In this document: positions 35,242-47,945 of the stretch, in pieces
Numbering within the stretch: position 1 is the stretch's first letter
Layout: each line of letters starts with the position of its first letter
Origin: Escherichia coli
Lineage (GTDB): Bacteria > Pseudomonadota > Gammaproteobacteria > Enterobacterales > Enterobacteriaceae
Reading direction: 5' to 3' (one strand)
Assembly: GCF_030384885.1 (NCBI RefSeq)
Contig: NZ_CP128613.1
DNA: 64,000 nucleotides
Translations under genes and position numbers: made by a program
The notes under the pieces: generated by a model
Database searches by the model: none
The model's input: the letters and a program-made list of their open reading frames with translations, nothing else
Told to the model about the DNA's origin: nothing

Positions 35242-37082
35242 TTATTGCGACTGCCGGACACGTTGACCACGGCAAAACAACCTTATTGCAGGCGATTACT
35301 GGCGTAAATGCCGACCGTCTGCCGGAAGAAAAAAAGCGCGGTATGACCATCGATCTCGGCTATGCCTACTGGCCGCAGTCAGATGGTCGCGTGCCTGGTT
35401 TTATCGACGTTCCCGGCCATGAAAAATTTCTTTCCAACATGCTGGCGGGCGTCGGGGGAATCGATCACGCGCTGTTGGTGGTGGCGTGCGATGACGGCGT
35501 GATGGCACAGACTCGTGAGCATCTGGCGATTTTGCAGCTGACCGGTAACCCGATGCTGACAGTGGCGCTGACCAAAGCCGATCGCGTGGACGAAGCGCGT
35601 GTTGATGAGGTTGAACGCCAGGTAAAGGAGGTGCTGCGGGAATACGGTTTTGCTGAGGCAAAACTGTTTATCACCGCAGCAACCGAAGGCCGGGGAATTG
35701 ATGCCCTGCGCGAGCATCTGCTTCAGTTACCAGAACGTGAACACGCCAGCCAACATAGCTTCCGCCTCGCTATCGACCGTGCTTTTACCGTAAAAGGTGC
35801 CGGGCTGGTCGTCACCGGTACGGCGTTAAGTGGGGAAGTGAAGGTAGGCGATTCACTCTGGCTGACTGGTGTAAATAAACCGATGCGCGTGCGTGCGCTA
35901 CATGCGCAAAATCAGCCAACAGAAACTGCCCATGCCGGGCAGCGTATCGCGCTTAACATCGCGGGTGATGCGGAAAAAGAGCAGATTAACCGTGGCGACT
36001 GGCTGCTTGCCGATGCGCCGCCGGAGCCGTTCACACGGGTGATTGTCGAGCTTCAAACCCATACACCGCTGACCCAGTGGCAGCCGCTGCATATTCACCA
36101 CGCCGCCAGCCACGTCACGGGACGCGTTTCGCTGCTGGAAGATAACCTTGCCGAGTTGGTGTTCGACACGCCGCTGTGGCTGGCAGATAACGATCGCTTA
36201 GTGCTACGCGATATCTCGGCCCGCAACACGCTGGCGGGGGCGCGCGTGGTGATGCTTAACCCGCCGCGTCGCGGTAAACGTAAGCCGGAATATCTGCAAT
36301 GGCTGGCGTCTCTTGCACAGGCGCAGAGCGATGCCGATGCGTTAGCTATTCATCTGGAACGCGGAGCGGTTAACCTTGCTGATTTCGCCTGGGCGCGCCA
36401 GCTCAACGGCGAAGGGATGCGTGAACTGCTGCAGCAACCGGGCTATATTCAGGCCGGTTATAGCTTGTTGAATGCGCCGGTTGCCGCTCGTTGGCAGCGT
36501 AAAATTCTCGATACCCTGGCGACTTATCATGAGCAGCATCGCGATGAACCAGGTCCTGGGCGCGAGCGTCTGCGGCGCATGGCGTTGCCAATGGAAGATG
36601 AAGCGCTGGTGCTGTTGCTGATTGAAAAGATGCGCGAAAGCGGCGACATCCTCAGTCATCACGGTTGGCTGCATCTGCCGGATCATAAAGCGGGATTCAG
36701 CGAAGAGCAGCAGGCTATCTGGCAAAAAGCGGAGCCGCTGTTTGGTGACGAGCCGTGGTGGGTGCGTGACCTGGCAAAAGAGACGGGAACCGACGAGCAG
36801 GCAATGCGTTTGACGCTACGCCAGGCGGCCCAACAGGGGATAATTACCGCGATCGTTAAAGATCGTTATTACCGTAACGATCGGATTGTCGAGTTTGCCA
36901 ATATGATCCGCGATCTCGATCAGGAATGTGGTTCAACCTGCGCGGCGGATTTCCGCGATCGCTTAGGTGTAGGCCGAAAGCTGGCAATTCAAATTCTGGA
37001 ATATTTTGACCGTATTGGCTTTACGCGTCGCCGTGGAAATGATCATTTATTGCGCGACGCATTATTATTTCCCGAAAAATAA
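35238..37082 (+). CDS. selB: Selenocysteine-specific translation elongation factor
   Basis: 614 aa; GTPase P-loop [11 protein letters not shown] at the N-terminus; winged-helix C-terminal extension. Confidence 0.95.
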   Translation: MIIATAGHVDHGKTTLLQAITGVNADRLPEEKKRGMTIDLGYAYWPQSDGRVPGFIDVPGHEKFLSNMLAGVGGIDHALLVVACDDGVMAQTREHLAILQLTGNPMLTVALTKADRVDEARVDEVERQVKEVLREYGFAEAKLFITAATEGRGIDALREHLLQLPEREHASQHSFRLAIDRAFTVKGAGLVVTGTALSGEVKVGDSLWLTGVNKPMRVRALHAQNQPTETAHAGQRIALNIAGDAEKEQINRGDWLLADAPPEPFTRVIVELQTHTPLTQWQPLHIHHAASHVTGRVSLLEDNLAELVFDTPLWLADNDRLVLRDISARNTLAGARVVMLNPPRRGKRKPEYLQWLASLAQAQSDADALAIHLERGAVNLADFAWARQLNGEGMRELLQQPGYIQAGYSLLNAPVAARWQRKILDTLATYHEQHRDEPGPGRERLRRMALPMEDEALVLLLIEKMRESGDILSHHGWLHLPDHKAGFSEEQQAIWQKAEPLFGDEPWWVRDLAKETGTDEQAMRLTLRQAAQQGIITAIVKDRYYRNDRIVEFANMIRDLDQECGSTCAADFRDRLGVGRKLAIQILEYFDRIGFTRRRGNDHLLRDALLFPEK

Positions 37083-37271
37083 GGGAACGATTAATTCATA
37101 ATAAATATGAATTAATACAAAGTTCTTATTAATGTTAAGGAAGCACGTTATTTGATGAATGTAACGTGCTTTTTATTAAAAATATTTTAATAAACGGTAA
37201 TGTTGATCATATTTTCAAATGAAAATCCTCAGTAAGCTGCCCGCCCTTTTTTACACTTTCAGGAGTGTGTT

Positions 37272-38423
37272 ATGGCAGCTTCAACCTTTTTTATTCCTTC
37301 CGTGAATGTTATTGGTGCTGATTCATTGAATGATGCAATGAATATGATGGCAGATTATGGATTTACCCGTACCTTAATTGTCACCGACAATATGTTAACG
37401 AAATTGGGTATGGCGGGTGATGTGCAAAAAGCACTGGAAGAACGCAATATTTTTAGCGTTATTTATGATGGCACCCAACCTAACCCCACCACGGAAAACG
37501 TCGCTGCAGGTTTGAAATTACTTAAAGAAAATAATTGCGATAGCGTAATCTCCCTGGGCGGTGGTTCTCCGCACGACTGTGCAAAAGGTATTGCGCTGGT
37601 TGCAGCCAACGGCGGTGACATCCGCGATTATGAAGGCGTTGACCGCTCTGCAAAACCGCAGTTGCCGATGATCGCCATCAACACCACGGCGGGTACGGCA
37701 TCAGAAATGACCCGTTTTTGCATCATCACCGATGAAGCACGTCACATCAAAATGGCGATTGTGGATAAGCACGTCACTCCGCTGCTTTCTGTCAATGACT
37801 CCTCGCTGATGATCGGTATGCCGAAGTCACTGACCGCTGCAACGGGTATGGATGCCTTAACGCACGCTATCGAAGCGTATGTGTCTATTGCCGCCACGCC
37901 GATCACCGACGCTTGCGCACTGAAAGCGGTGACTATGATTGCTGAAAACCTGCCCTTAGCCGTTGAAGATGGCAGCAATGAGAAAGCGCGCGAAGCAATG
38001 GCTTACGCTCAGTTCCTCGCGGGTATGGCGTTCAACAATGCGTCTCTGGGTTATGTTCATGCGATGGCGCACCAGCTGGGCGGTTTCTACAACCTGCCAC
38101 ACGGTGTATGTAATGCTGTTCTGCTGCCACACGTTCAGGTGTTCAACAGCAAAGTCGCTGCTGCACGTTTGCGTGACTGCGCTGCTGCGATGGGTGTTAA
38201 CGTGACAGGTAAAAACGATGCGGAAGGTGCAGAAGCCTGCATCAATGCCATCCGTGAACTGGCGAAGAAAGTGAATATCCCGGCAGGCTTGCGTGACCTG
38301 AACGTGAAAGAAGAAGATTTCGCGGTACTGGCGACCAATGCCCTGAAAGATGCCTGCGGCTTTACTAACCCGATTCAGGCAACTCACGAAGAAATTGTGG
38401 CGATTTATCGCGCGGCGATGTAA
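37272..38423 (+). CDS. yiaY: Iron-containing (group III) alcohol dehydrogenase
   Basis: 383 aa; Fe-ADH motifs (GGGSPHD, histidine-rich metal site). Confidence 0.9.
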   Translation: MAASTFFIPSVNVIGADSLNDAMNMMADYGFTRTLIVTDNMLTKLGMAGDVQKALEERNIFSVIYDGTQPNPTTENVAAGLKLLKENNCDSVISLGGGSPHDCAKGIALVAANGGDIRDYEGVDRSAKPQLPMIAINTTAGTASEMTRFCIITDEARHIKMAIVDKHVTPLLSVNDSSLMIGMPKSLTAATGMDALTHAIEAYVSIAATPITDACALKAVTMIAENLPLAVEDGSNEKAREAMAYAQFLAGMAFNNASLGYVHAMAHQLGGFYNLPHGVCNAVLLPHVQVFNSKVAAARLRDCAAAMGVNVTGKNDAEGAEACINAIRELAKKVNIPAGLRDLNVKEEDFAVLATNALKDACGFTNPIQATHEEIVAIYRAAM

Positions 38424-38623
38424 TCATCATTCCCATAATGGCTGGCTAATTGTCAGCCATTTTTTCAACTCTCTCAAAATTTGCGATTTTTGAGAGAGTT
38501 TTAGTTATCTCTGTAATCCTTGCCCGTAAATTCGTGATAGCCGTCGTAAAGCTATCACCAGCTGGCGAAGATTTCGCCAGTCACGTCTACCCTTGTTATA
38601 CCTCACACCGCAAGGAGACGATC

Positions 38624-40162
38624 ATGACCAACAATCCCCCTTCAGCACAGATTAAGCCCGGCGAGTATGGCTTCCCCCTCAAGTTAAAAGCCCGCTACGA
38701 CAACTTTATTGGCGGCGAATGGGTAGCCCCTGCCGACGGCGAGTATTACCAGAACCTGACGCCGGTGACCGGGCAGCTACTGTGCGAAGTGGCGTCTTCG
38801 GGCAAACGAGATATCGATCTGGCGCTGGATGCTGCGCATAAAGTGAAAGATAAATGGGCGCATACTTCGGTGCAGGATCGCGCGGCGATTCTGTTTAAGA
38901 TTGCCGATCGAATGGAGCAGAACCTCGAACTTTTAGCGACGGCTGAAACCTGGGATAACGGCAAACCCATTCGCGAAACCAGTGCTGCTGATGTACCGCT
39001 GGCGATTGACCACTTCCGCTATTTCGCCTCGTGTATTCGGGCGCAGGAAGGCGGTATTAGCGAAGTGGATAGCGAAACCGTGGCTTATCACTTCCACGAA
39101 CCGTTAGGCGTGGTGGGGCAGATTATCCCGTGGAACTTCCCGCTGTTGATGGCGAGCTGGAAAATGGCTCCCGCGCTGGCGGCGGGCAACTGTGTGGTGC
39201 TGAAACCCGCACGTCTTACCCCGCTTTCTGTACTGCTGCTAATGGAAATCGTTGGTGATTTACTGCCGCCGGGCGTGGTGAACGTGGTTAACGGCGCTGG
39301 TGGGGAAATTGGCGAATATCTGGCGACCTCGAAACGCATCGCCAAAGTGGCGTTTACCGGCTCAACGGAAGTGGGCCAACAAGTTATGCAGTACGCCACG
39401 CAAAATATTATTCCGGTAACCCTGGAACTGGGCGGCAAGTCGCCAAATATCTTCTTTGCTGATGTGATGGATGAAGAAGATGCCTTTTTCGATAAAGCGC
39501 TGGAAGGCTTTGCACTGTTTGCTTTTAACCAGGGCGAAGTTTGCACCTGTCCAAGTCGTGCCTTAGTGCAGGAGTCTATCTACGAACGCTTTATGGAACG
39601 CGCCATCCGCCGTGTCGAAAGCATTCGTAGCGGTAACCCGCTCGACAGCGTGACGCAAATGGGGGCGCAGGTTTCTCACGGGCAATTGGAAACCATCCTC
39701 AACTACATTGATATTGGTAAAAAAGAGGGCGCAGACGTGCTCACCGGCGGGCGGCGCAAGCTGCTGGAAGGCGAACTGAAAGACGGCTACTACCTCGAAC
39801 CGACGATTCTGTTTGGTCAGAACAATATGCGCGTTTTCCAGGAAGAAATTTTTGGCCCGGTGCTGGCGGTAACCACCTTCAAAACGATGGACGAGGCGCT
39901 GGAGCTGGCGAACGACACGCAATATGGTCTGGGCGCAGGTGTCTGGAGTCGTAACGGCAATCTGGCCTATAAGATGGGGCGCGGCATTCAGGCCGGACGC
40001 GTATGGACCAACTGTTATCATGCCTACCCGGCACACGCAGCATTTGGCGGCTATAAGCAGTCGGGCATCGGGCGCGAAACCCATAAGATGATGCTGGAGC
40101 ATTATCAGCAAACCAAGTGCTTGCTGGTGAGCTACTCGGATAAACCATTGGGGCTGTTCTGA
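38624..40162 (+). CDS. aldB: Aldehyde dehydrogenase B
   Basis: Start at [17 protein letters not shown] (512 aa, ATG at 38624); ALDH catalytic Cys/Glu motifs ([16 protein letters not shown]). Confidence 0.95.
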   Translation: MTNNPPSAQIKPGEYGFPLKLKARYDNFIGGEWVAPADGEYYQNLTPVTGQLLCEVASSGKRDIDLALDAAHKVKDKWAHTSVQDRAAILFKIADRMEQNLELLATAETWDNGKPIRETSAADVPLAIDHFRYFASCIRAQEGGISEVDSETVAYHFHEPLGVVGQIIPWNFPLLMASWKMAPALAAGNCVVLKPARLTPLSVLLLMEIVGDLLPPGVVNVVNGAGGEIGEYLATSKRIAKVAFTGSTEVGQQVMQYATQNIIPVTLELGGKSPNIFFADVMDEEDAFFDKALEGFALFAFNQGEVCTCPSRALVQESIYERFMERAIRRVESIRSGNPLDSVTQMGAQVSHGQLETILNYIDIGKKEGADVLTGGRRKLLEGELKDGYYLEPTILFGQNNMRVFQEEIFGPVLAVTTFKTMDEALELANDTQYGLGAGVWSRNGNLAYKMGRGIQAGRVWTNCYHAYPAHAAFGGYKQSGIGRETHKMMLEHYQQTKCLLVSYSDKPLGLF

Positions 40163-40189
40163 TGTAAGAAGCTGGTCGCATCGGGAGGT

Positions 40190-40300
40190 CATTGCCTGAT
40201 GCGACGCTTTCGCGTCTTATCATGCCTGGGGGGGCATATATTTACGCCTGACTCCTGACCGTAGGCCGGATAAGGCGTTCACGCCGCATCCGGCATAAAC
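40190..40300. repeat. REP/BIME elements downstream of aldB
   Basis: gcctgatgcgacgctttcgcgtcttatcatgcc and taggccggataaggcgttcacgccgcatccggca. Confidence 0.6.
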
Positions 40301-40411
40301 AAAGCGCACGTTGTTACAATTTGCGTTTTAAACCTACATGCGCAATAACCCAGACTACGCCAACAGAAGTGCGTTTCTGGCGGAAGCTGCCCGGCGTGTA
40401 TTGCCGGGCGT

Positions 40412-40747
40412 TTAATCTCGCGTTTCGATGGTGAGCGGGCGGACCAGGCTGTACAGCCACAGACCAAAACAAGCGATGGTGCCAATCACCACGGTGAGGA
40501 ACACACTGACTGACAGGCCTGCAAGCAATCCCGCAGGCAGGGCCAGCAGGCCGTGGATCACGGTGTCGTTCCATCTCACCAGATCGTAGCCAAACATGCC
40601 TAAAACGCCGCAAACCAGACCGTAAATCACCATTGGTGTTCCGAGGCCAATCAGCAATAAACGGTAGATAATTGAAGGTTTAATACGCTTTATCTGTACT
40701 GTGGATGTTTTACTGGGGTTATTCATTAGTTTGGTCAATAGTTCCAT
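40412..40747 (-). CDS. Hypothetical small inner-membrane protein (two predicted TM helices); start uncertain
   Basis: ORF with hydrophobic stretches IIYRLLLIGLGTPMVIYGLVCGVLGMF and LLALPAGLLAGLSVSVFLTVVIGTIACFGLWLY; no strong Shine-Dalgarno at any candidate start (40795 GTG, 40747 ATG, 40726 ATG). Confidence 0.4.
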   Translation of the reverse strand: MELLTKLMNNPSKTSTVQIKRIKPSIIYRLLLIGLGTPMVIYGLVCGVLGMFGYDLVRWNDTVIHGLLALPAGLLAGLSVSVFLTVVIGTIACFGLWLYSLVRPLTIETRD

Positions 40748-40908
40748 TATTTCAATATGATAAACCTCGACCTGTTGAAAAGCCAGGTAGCACACTTCAG
40801 AAAGTATATAAAAAACAATATGTCGTTATATAAATAAGGAAATTGCACTGCATCATGGCATTTCATAATATGCGTTAATTGTTCTTTTTTATATTCTCTG
40901 AGGGAAAT

Positions 40909-41232
40909 ATGTTCCTGGACTATTTTGCACTGGGAGTGCTTATTTTTGTATTTCTGGTGATATTCTATGGGATTATTATTTTACATGATATTCCCTACCT
41001 GATTGCTAAAAAACGTAATCATCCTCATGCCGACGCCATTCATGTTGCTGGTTGGGTGAGTCTTTTTACGCTGCATGTTATCTGGCCATTTTTGTGGATT
41101 TGGGCCACGCTTTACCGCCCGGAGCGGGGATGGGGAATGCAAAACTATGACTCCTCCGTTGTGCAACTACAACAGCGTATTGCCGGGCTGGAGAAACAGC
41201 TCGCCGACATCAAATCCTCTTCTGCCGAGTAA
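40909..41232 (+). CDS. yiaW: DUF3302-family inner membrane protein
   Basis: 107 aa from ATG at 40909, with GAGGGA Shine-Dalgarno; close paralogue of yibI. Confidence 0.8.
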   Translation: MFLDYFALGVLIFVFLVIFYGIIILHDIPYLIAKKRNHPHADAIHVAGWVSLFTLHVIWPFLWIWATLYRPERGWGMQNYDSSVVQLQQRIAGLEKQLADIKSSSAE

Positions 41233-41237
41233 TACTT

Positions 41238-42374
41238 ATGGATTTACTGATTATTTTGACCTATGTGGCTTTCGCATGGGCAATGTTTAAGATCTTCAAA
41301 ATTCCTGTAAATAAATGGACCATTCCCACCGCGGCCCTGGGTGGCATATTTATTGTCAGCGGTCTAATTCTGTTAATGAACTATAACCATCCGTATACCT
41401 TTAAAGCGCAAAAAGCGGTTATTTCTATTCCTGTTGTCCCGCAGGTGACAGGCGTGGTGATCGAAGTGACGGACAAGAAAAATACGCTGATTAAAAAAGG
41501 TGAGGTGCTATTTCGACTGGACCCGACGCGTTATCAGGCGCGGGTGGATCGGCTGATGGCGGATATCGTTACCGCAGAACATAAACAGCGGGCGTTGGGC
41601 GCAGAGTTAGATGAGATGGCGGCGAATACTCAGCAGGCAAAGGCCACGCGGGATAAATTCGCTAAAGAGTACCAGCGTTACGCACGCGGCAGCCAGGCGA
41701 AAGTAAACCCGTTTTCAGAACGCGATATTGATGTGGCGCGGCAAAATTATCTGGCGCAGGAAGCCTCCGTAAAGTCATCGGCGGCGGAACAAAAACAGAT
41801 CCAGAGCCAGCTGGATAGCCTGGTGTTGGGTGAACATTCTCAAATCGCCAGCCTGAAAGCGCAGCTCGCGGAAGCAAAATATAACCTTGAGCAGACGATA
41901 GTGCGTGCGCCGAGCGATGGTTATGTGACCCAAGTGCTGATTCGTCCGGGTACCTATGCCGCATCGCTGCCGCTACGTCCTGTGATGGTGTTTATACCCG
42001 ATCAGAAACGACAAATTGTGGCGCAGTTCCGTCAGAACTCCTTGCTGCGACTGGCTCCCGGCGATGATGCGGAAGTGGTGTTTAATGCTCTGCCAGGTAA
42101 GGTATTCAGCGGTAAGCTGGCAGCCATTAGTCCAGCTGTTCCCGGCGGAGCTTATCAGTCGACCGGCACCTTACAGACGTTAAACACAGCACCGGGTTCA
42201 GATGGCGTTATAGCGACCATTGAACTGGATGAGCACACTGAGTTGAGCGCTTTACCAGACGGTATTTACGCCCAGGTGGCGGTTTACTCTGATCATTTCA
42301 GCCATGTCTCGGTGATGCGCAAAGTGCTGTTACGCATGACCAGTTGGGTGCATTACCTTTATCTCGATCATTAA
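41238..42374 (+). CDS. yiaV: HlyD-family membrane fusion protein
   Basis: 378 aa; paralogue of yibH, same domain layout. Confidence 0.85.
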   Translation: MDLLIILTYVAFAWAMFKIFKIPVNKWTIPTAALGGIFIVSGLILLMNYNHPYTFKAQKAVISIPVVPQVTGVVIEVTDKKNTLIKKGEVLFRLDPTRYQARVDRLMADIVTAEHKQRALGAELDEMAANTQQAKATRDKFAKEYQRYARGSQAKVNPFSERDIDVARQNYLAQEASVKSSAAEQKQIQSQLDSLVLGEHSQIASLKAQLAEAKYNLEQTIVRAPSDGYVTQVLIRPGTYAASLPLRPVMVFIPDQKRQIVAQFRQNSLLRLAPGDDAEVVFNALPGKVFSGKLAAISPAVPGGAYQSTGTLQTLNTAPGSDGVIATIELDEHTELSALPDGIYAQVAVYSDHFSHVSVMRKVLLRMTSWVHYLYLDH

Positions 42375-43345
42375 TCTTCGCTTTCCGCCGCTTGTTCAGG
42401 CCGCAGTTGCTGCGACTGAGCAAGCTGGTGGCGAATTTCACGCAGCATTTCATCCAGCACATACTGGACCCGCCAGGGCTGGTATTCCCGTTTACGGAAG
42501 ATAGCCACCAGATCCAGCCACCATTCATACGGTTGCTGAAAGCAGGGCACCAGCGTGCCGTCTTGCAGGTCGCTCTGCACACTTTTGTCTGGCGCAAACA
42601 CAATCCCCAGGTGATTTCGTGCCAGCTCCAGCGCCGATTGCGTGTTGTCGCAAACGTAATTTCCCTTCACGCGATAATCCCGCACCTCTTTACTCCCGGC
42701 GACGTTGAAGCGCCAGATATTCGCGTCGTCGATCATCATCGAGTCGATCAAAATACAGGAGTGATGTTCGAGTTCGTCAGGACGGCTAATGGGATGTTTC
42801 TCAAGATAGCGCTGACTGGCATAAGCGGTTACGGCATATTGCGTAATAAAACTGGCAACCAGCGATTCATCTTTTGGTGGAGCATAGCTGATTAAAACAT
42901 CACAATCATCGGGAAATTCGACACCTTCATAAAAGGCATTACGCTCAAGATTGCAGGTTTTTAGCGATAAGGTGATATCACCGATATCTTTAATTTTATC
43001 GATAACATGTTTGGATAAATAGGTAATTATGCCGGTTGGGGCGTAGATGGTGACCCGACCACGCTTCTCATGCTTATAATCTGCAATAAAATTATTAAGT
43101 TGCTCGTTTCTGTCCAGCATGTCGTTGATGTACGGTAACAGCGCGGTACCAAAAGGTGTGAGCATCAGCTGCCGGGTGGTTCGGTCAAAGACTTTTAAAC
43201 CTACTTTTGATTCAAAATCAGCAAGATATTTGCTGACGTTGGCCTGTGCGAATCCAAGTACAGTCGCGGCATGGCTGATATTTTCACTGGCAGCGATTAC
43301 CGAGATAATTTTTAACTCCCGGTACTTAAGTTGTAATTTTGTCAT
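42371..43345 (-). CDS. yiaU: LysR-family transcriptional regulator
   Basis: 324 aa; N-terminal HTH ([28 protein letters not shown]) and LysR substrate-binding domain. Confidence 0.85.
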   Translation of the reverse strand: MTKLQLKYRELKIISVIAASENISHAATVLGFAQANVSKYLADFESKVGLKVFDRTTRQLMLTPFGTALLPYINDMLDRNEQLNNFIADYKHEKRGRVTIYAPTGIITYLSKHVIDKIKDIGDITLSLKTCNLERNAFYEGVEFPDDCDVLISYAPPKDESLVASFITQYAVTAYASQRYLEKHPISRPDELEHHSCILIDSMMIDDANIWRFNVAGSKEVRDYRVKGNYVCDNTQSALELARNHLGIVFAPDKSVQSDLQDGTLVPCFQQPYEWWLDLVAIFRKREYQPWRVQYVLDEMLREIRHQLAQSQQLRPEQAAESED

Positions 43346-43468
43346 CGCAACAGCCCAATTATATATAATTTTATATATTACTATATAAATATGAATCTTG
43401 CACCGGAGAAATTGTAAGCATTATTATGCCGACTCTTTTTTATCTTATTTTAAAATGGAATACCGGAC

Positions 43469-44209
43469 ATGTTAATTAACCGCAATATTGTGGCGTTATT
43501 TGCGTTACCTTTTATGGCAAGCGCAACTGCTTCTGAATTATCCATTGGTGCTGGTGCAGCTTATAATGAATCGCCTTATCGTGGTTATAATGAAAATACA
43601 AAGGCAATTCCGCTGATTAGTTATGAAGGTGATTCATTTTATGTTCGTCAGACCACGTTAGGTTTTATTCTGTCGCAAAGTGAAAAAAATGAACTTAGTC
43701 TGACCGCATCCTGGATGCCGCTGGAATTTGACCCTGCAGATAATGACGATCATGCCATGCAACAGCTTGATAAGCGTGATAGTACGGCTATGGCGGGGGT
43801 TGCCTGGTATCACCACGAGCGTTGGGGAACCGTGAAAGCCTCTGCGGCTGCGGACGTTCTGGATAACAGCAACGGCTGGGTGGGGGAGCTATCGGTATTT
43901 CACAAAATGCAGATAGGTCGCCTGTCGCTGACACCTGCACTGGGCGTTCTCTATTATGACGAGAATTTCAGTGACTATTACTATGGCATTTCAGAGAGTG
44001 AGTCCCGTCGTAGCGGTCTGGCAAGTTATTCCGCGCAGGATGCCTGGGTGCCCTATGTCAGCCTGACGGCAAAATACCCGATAGGAGAGCACATCGTATT
44101 GATGGCGAGTGCCGGATACAGCGAGCTGCCGGAAGAGATTACCGACAGCCCGATGATTGATCGTAATGAGAGTTTTACCTTTGTCACCGGCGTGAGCTGG
44201 CGTTTTTAA
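43469..44209 (+). CDS. yiaT: MipA/OmpV-family outer membrane protein
   Basis: 246 aa; signal peptide; beta-barrel-like sequence ending in aromatic residues (SWRF). Confidence 0.85.
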   Translation: MLINRNIVALFALPFMASATASELSIGAGAAYNESPYRGYNENTKAIPLISYEGDSFYVRQTTLGFILSQSEKNELSLTASWMPLEFDPADNDDHAMQQLDKRDSTAMAGVAWYHHERWGTVKASAAADVLDNSNGWVGELSVFHKMQIGRLSLTPALGVLYYDENFSDYYYGISESESRRSGLASYSAQDAWVPYVSLTAKYPIGEHIVLMASAGYSELPEEITDSPMIDRNESFTFVTGVSWRF

Positions 44210-44229
44210 TTTACCGGTGGATGTCGGTG

Positions 44230-44345
44230 CGGCTGGCCTACGCTCTCGCACTGACCTTCAGGCTTGATAAGACGCGTTAAGCGTCGCATCAGGCAATGTG
44301 CACCCTACGTTGGATGCGGCGCGAGCGCCTTATCCAACCTACGGA
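44230..44345. repeat. REP/BIME elements
   Basis: gcctgatgcgacgcttaacgcgtcttatcaagcc and ggatgcggcgcgagcgccttatccaacctacgg, between yiaT and the GH127 gene. Confidence 0.55.
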
Positions 44346-46309
44346 TGGCAATGCTTTTCCTCATTCACCCAGATCCGCATTTCGCCTTCACCCCGGTTAG
44401 CCCAGCTAAACCACGGGATAAATGTCAGAGTTTGCGGCTGGCGTTTGGCTGGCGCGCTGTCGTAATGCCACAGCGGTTGCTGCTCTGGATAGCTCTGTTC
44501 ATACCGGTAACCCGGTGCCTGGATTAAGATCTTATGGCTGAACAATCCCTTACCTTCAAATGTCGTAAATGGCGCATCGGTGGGCAGCCACAGATTATGC
44601 AGTGACTCGCCGTTGTCGGCCTGTTCCAGGCAATACACCAGCGGGCCGCGCTGAATCGCCACTTTTCCGGCGACGTGACGCACCAGCGGGTTACCGTAAA
44701 CGCGACGTACCGGCATTGGCAACGTCAGATTCAGCGTGTCGCCCTCCTGCCATTCGCGGGTAATGTGCAAATACCCTTTACGAATATCCTGCTCGACCTC
44801 TTCCCCATTCAATGTAATCTGCGGCTGTGTGCACCAGTCCGGCAGACGTAAAGCCAGCGTATGACGCACCGGCTGGGGCGATTCAACCGCAATTGTCACC
44901 TGTTCCTGCCACGGATAGTTTCCGCTAACCCGCAGACGCAGCGTGCCATTTTCTACCGGCACTTCCATGCTGTTTCCTGCGTAGATGTTGATATACAACG
45001 CATCTTCACGCGGCGTGTAGAGATAATGACCAATCGAGGTTAGCACGCGGGCGATATTTGGCGGACAACAAGCGCAACCAAACCAACGCTGGCGGATCGG
45101 CTTAACGTGATCGTAGATATGGTTGAATTTCAGCGATTTTGGATGTACTTCCAGCGGATTCACATAGAAGAAATGTTTGCCATCCAGCGCCATGCCGCCG
45201 AGCACGGTGTTGTACAGTGCGCGCTCCATCACATCGGCATAGTGACTGTCGCCTTCCATTTCCAGCATTCGCCGGGCGAACATCATCAGGCCGATGGAAG
45301 CACAGCTTTCGGCGTATACCGTGTCATTCGGCAGATCGTAATCGCTGCTGAACGCTTCGCCGCTGCTTTGTGAGCCAATGCCGCCGGTAATATATAACTG
45401 ACGCTGGGCCATATTGTTCCACAGCCGCAGGCAGTCCTGACGCTTGCTTTCATCGTGACTTAAACGCGCGAGATGCGCGACGCCGGTCATCAGGTAGACA
45501 AAACGTACCGCGTGACCAATGGCGGTTTGCTGCTGTGCGATGGGCAAATGTGCCTGGCTGTAGGCTTTGTCTTTCACCATCCACGCCGGGCCGTAGGTGT
45601 GCCAGTGCGAGGTCTGTCCGCGCTTTTCATATTCCTGGTCGTAATAGTGCGGTTGCGCACCACGCTGTTCGACAAAATAGTTCGTCAGCGCCAGGTAGCG
45701 CGGCTCTTCGGTCACTTCATACAGGCGCATTAGTGCCAGTTCAATTTCCGGGTGACCAGGATAACCGTGTAACTTACTTTCACCTGGACCAAATACGCTG
45801 TCGATATGATCGGCCAGACGGCAAACCACTTCCAGCAAGCGCCGCTTGCCCGTGGCCTGGAAGAAGGCGACTCCGGCTTCAATCAGATGACCGGCGCAGT
45901 AAAGTTCATGACACTCCGCCAGATTGCTCCAGCGTTCTTCGGGCGCTTTTACCGTAAAGTAAGTATTGAGATAGCCATCTTCGCACTGGGCGGAAGCGAC
46001 CAGTTCGATTACCTCGTCAGCAGTTTTTTCCAGTTCGGCATCCGGCTTCTGGCACAGCGACCAGGCTACCGCTTCCAGCCATTTGGCGACGTCGCTGTCC
46101 TGAAACACCATCCCGTAAAATTCACCGTCTTGCAGTCCTGCGGCAATGCGAAAGTTTTCAATCGCATGGCTGGGTTCCGCTTCTGGGATACGATCGTTCA
46201 AGGCATCCCACTGATAAGGAATCACCACGTCGCGGACCAGTTGTTGGTACTGACCGAGGAACGGATCGCTGACCGTCAGTTTATGCAGATCGACTTCCGA
46301 AATGTTCAT
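44339..46309 (-). CDS. Glycoside hydrolase family 127-like protein (beta-L-arabinofuranosidase-like, DUF1680)
   Basis: 656 aa from the ATG at 46309, which has a perfect AAGGAG Shine-Dalgarno; contains E-S-C (YAESCASIG) and C-x-C-C (WFGCACCPPN) motifs that match the zinc-Cys catalytic site of GH127 enzymes as I recall it. Confidence 0.8.
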   Translation of the reverse strand: MNISEVDLHKLTVSDPFLGQYQQLVRDVVIPYQWDALNDRIPEAEPSHAIENFRIAAGLQDGEFYGMVFQDSDVAKWLEAVAWSLCQKPDAELEKTADEVIELVASAQCEDGYLNTYFTVKAPEERWSNLAECHELYCAGHLIEAGVAFFQATGKRRLLEVVCRLADHIDSVFGPGESKLHGYPGHPEIELALMRLYEVTEEPRYLALTNYFVEQRGAQPHYYDQEYEKRGQTSHWHTYGPAWMVKDKAYSQAHLPIAQQQTAIGHAVRFVYLMTGVAHLARLSHDESKRQDCLRLWNNMAQRQLYITGGIGSQSSGEAFSSDYDLPNDTVYAESCASIGLMMFARRMLEMEGDSHYADVMERALYNTVLGGMALDGKHFFYVNPLEVHPKSLKFNHIYDHVKPIRQRWFGCACCPPNIARVLTSIGHYLYTPREDALYINIYAGNSMEVPVENGTLRLRVSGNYPWQEQVTIAVESPQPVRHTLALRLPDWCTQPQITLNGEEVEQDIRKGYLHITREWQEGDTLNLTLPMPVRRVYGNPLVRHVAGKVAIQRGPLVYCLEQADNGESLHNLWLPTDAPFTTFEGKGLFSHKILIQAPGYRYEQSYPEQQPLWHYDSAPAKRQPQTLTFIPWFSWANRGEGEMRIWVNEEKHCHP

Positions 46310-46319
46310 CTTGTGCTCC

Positions 46320-47720
46320 TTAAGGCTGTACATGACGCTGACGCAGGTCGCTAGCAATGCGTGACATCATAGGGTTATTGAGTTTGCAAAAGCGGATCGC
46401 CATCGCCAGCAGCAGGTGGAACAGCGCAGGCAGCAATGTTTCCATCGCCGCGATCCCGCCAAGCGAACTGGCGGTCTGGTTTTCCACGCCTGGCTGGTAG
46501 GCGACAAAAATAAACAGCAGGCTGATGATCCCGGCGCTGGAGGCCCAGGCCAGCTTGATGAAAAACAGATTGAAGGCGAAGTTCATGCCGGAAGAACGTA
46601 CGCGGGTTTTCCACTCGCCGTAGTCATCGGCAAAGGCCATCAATGAGAAGTGCAATGGCAATGTGAAGCCAAGAATCACGCCATTACCAAGGATCACCGC
46701 CAGCCACAGCGTTTGATAAGCCGGGCCAGAAGGCAGGAACCACATCAACACCGCCAGCGCGGCGAGGAGCAGGTTGGTGTAGTAGTAAATTTTGACGGTA
46801 TCGAAACGTCGCGTTAACGGGCTGACAATCACCGAGCCGATAATGGAGGCGAAGGTGACCATAGTGAAGAACAGCGACGTGTAGCCCGTACTGCCTTGTA
46901 AGACGTAGGTAATGAAGTACATATACCCACCGCCGCGAATATTAAAGACGTTAATCAGCAGGAAAGACATGACCAGCATCAGCAGCAGTTGGTCGTTGTT
47001 TCGCAGCCCGGCAAGATGTTCGCGCAGGGTAAATTTCCCCATTGTGGAGAGTGGCACCCGTTCACGAACCCAGAAGAAACAGCACAGGAACATCACCACA
47101 GCGATGGCGCACAGCACGCCGACGCCCAGTTGATAGCCGCGCGCGGCATTACCCTGACCGAAGAGATCTACCATCCACGGCAGGCCAACCGAAACCAGAA
47201 ATCCCGCTACGCCGCAGAGAACGAATCGCCAGGACTGGCAGGAGATCACTTCATTGTGGCGGGTGGTCATGGTGTTGATCAGCGCGCAGTACGGCACGTT
47301 GATGGCGGTATAACCGACTGAAAGGAGCAGGTAAGTGCCGAACGCCCAGGCGATTTTTACTCCCATGCTGGCATCTGGCACGGTGAACGTCAGGATGCCG
47401 ATAATGCCGATGGGAATGGCAATCCACAACTGCCACGGACGAAAGCGCCCCCAGCGACTTTGCGTCCGGTCGGCAATGACGCCCATCACCGGGTCGGAGA
47501 TGGCATCAAACACGCGCAGTGCAATAAACAGCGTGCCGACCAGCGCCGGAGTTAAGCCAAAAACGTCGGTGTAGAAAAAGGTGAGAAAGTTCATGATCAG
47601 GCAGGTTATGACGGTGCCGCCAGCGTCACCCAGGCCGTAGCCTATTTTTTCCCGTACAGATAACGCGTCGTCAATTTTACCTTTAGCGATATCAGCGGTA
47701 GTAATCGGTGTAGAGGTCAT
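46320..47720 (-). CDS. GPH-family (glycoside-pentoside-hexuronide) cation symporter
   Basis: 466 aa from the ATG at 47720, with GAGGAA Shine-Dalgarno; about 12 hydrophobic segments; N-terminal GYGLGDAGG motif typical of MelB/GusB-type sugar symporters. Confidence 0.8.
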   Translation of the reverse strand: MTSTPITTADIAKGKIDDALSVREKIGYGLGDAGGTVITCLIMNFLTFFYTDVFGLTPALVGTLFIALRVFDAISDPVMGVIADRTQSRWGRFRPWQLWIAIPIGIIGILTFTVPDASMGVKIAWAFGTYLLLSVGYTAINVPYCALINTMTTRHNEVISCQSWRFVLCGVAGFLVSVGLPWMVDLFGQGNAARGYQLGVGVLCAIAVVMFLCCFFWVRERVPLSTMGKFTLREHLAGLRNNDQLLLMLVMSFLLINVFNIRGGGYMYFITYVLQGSTGYTSLFFTMVTFASIIGSVIVSPLTRRFDTVKIYYYTNLLLAALAVLMWFLPSGPAYQTLWLAVILGNGVILGFTLPLHFSLMAFADDYGEWKTRVRSSGMNFAFNLFFIKLAWASSAGIISLLFIFVAYQPGVENQTASSLGGIAAMETLLPALFHLLLAMAIRFCKLNNPMMSRIASDLRQRHVQP

Positions 47721-47945
47721 AGATATTCCTCGCAAATAGAGAGCATTTTTTTGTTTTATTGCAATGACCTGATTAATTTCGCCGTTATCTGGAATATCAA
47801 CAAGGCGAGAAAAGAGTAAAAAAAGGTGACGATTCCGACCTGAATTTAAAAGTGTGAATTGGATCAGGTGAAATTAATGTTTTTGATTAATAATCAAAAG
47901 GTAATGTGTTTAATCATTAATGAATAAGCGGGAAATTACATATCA

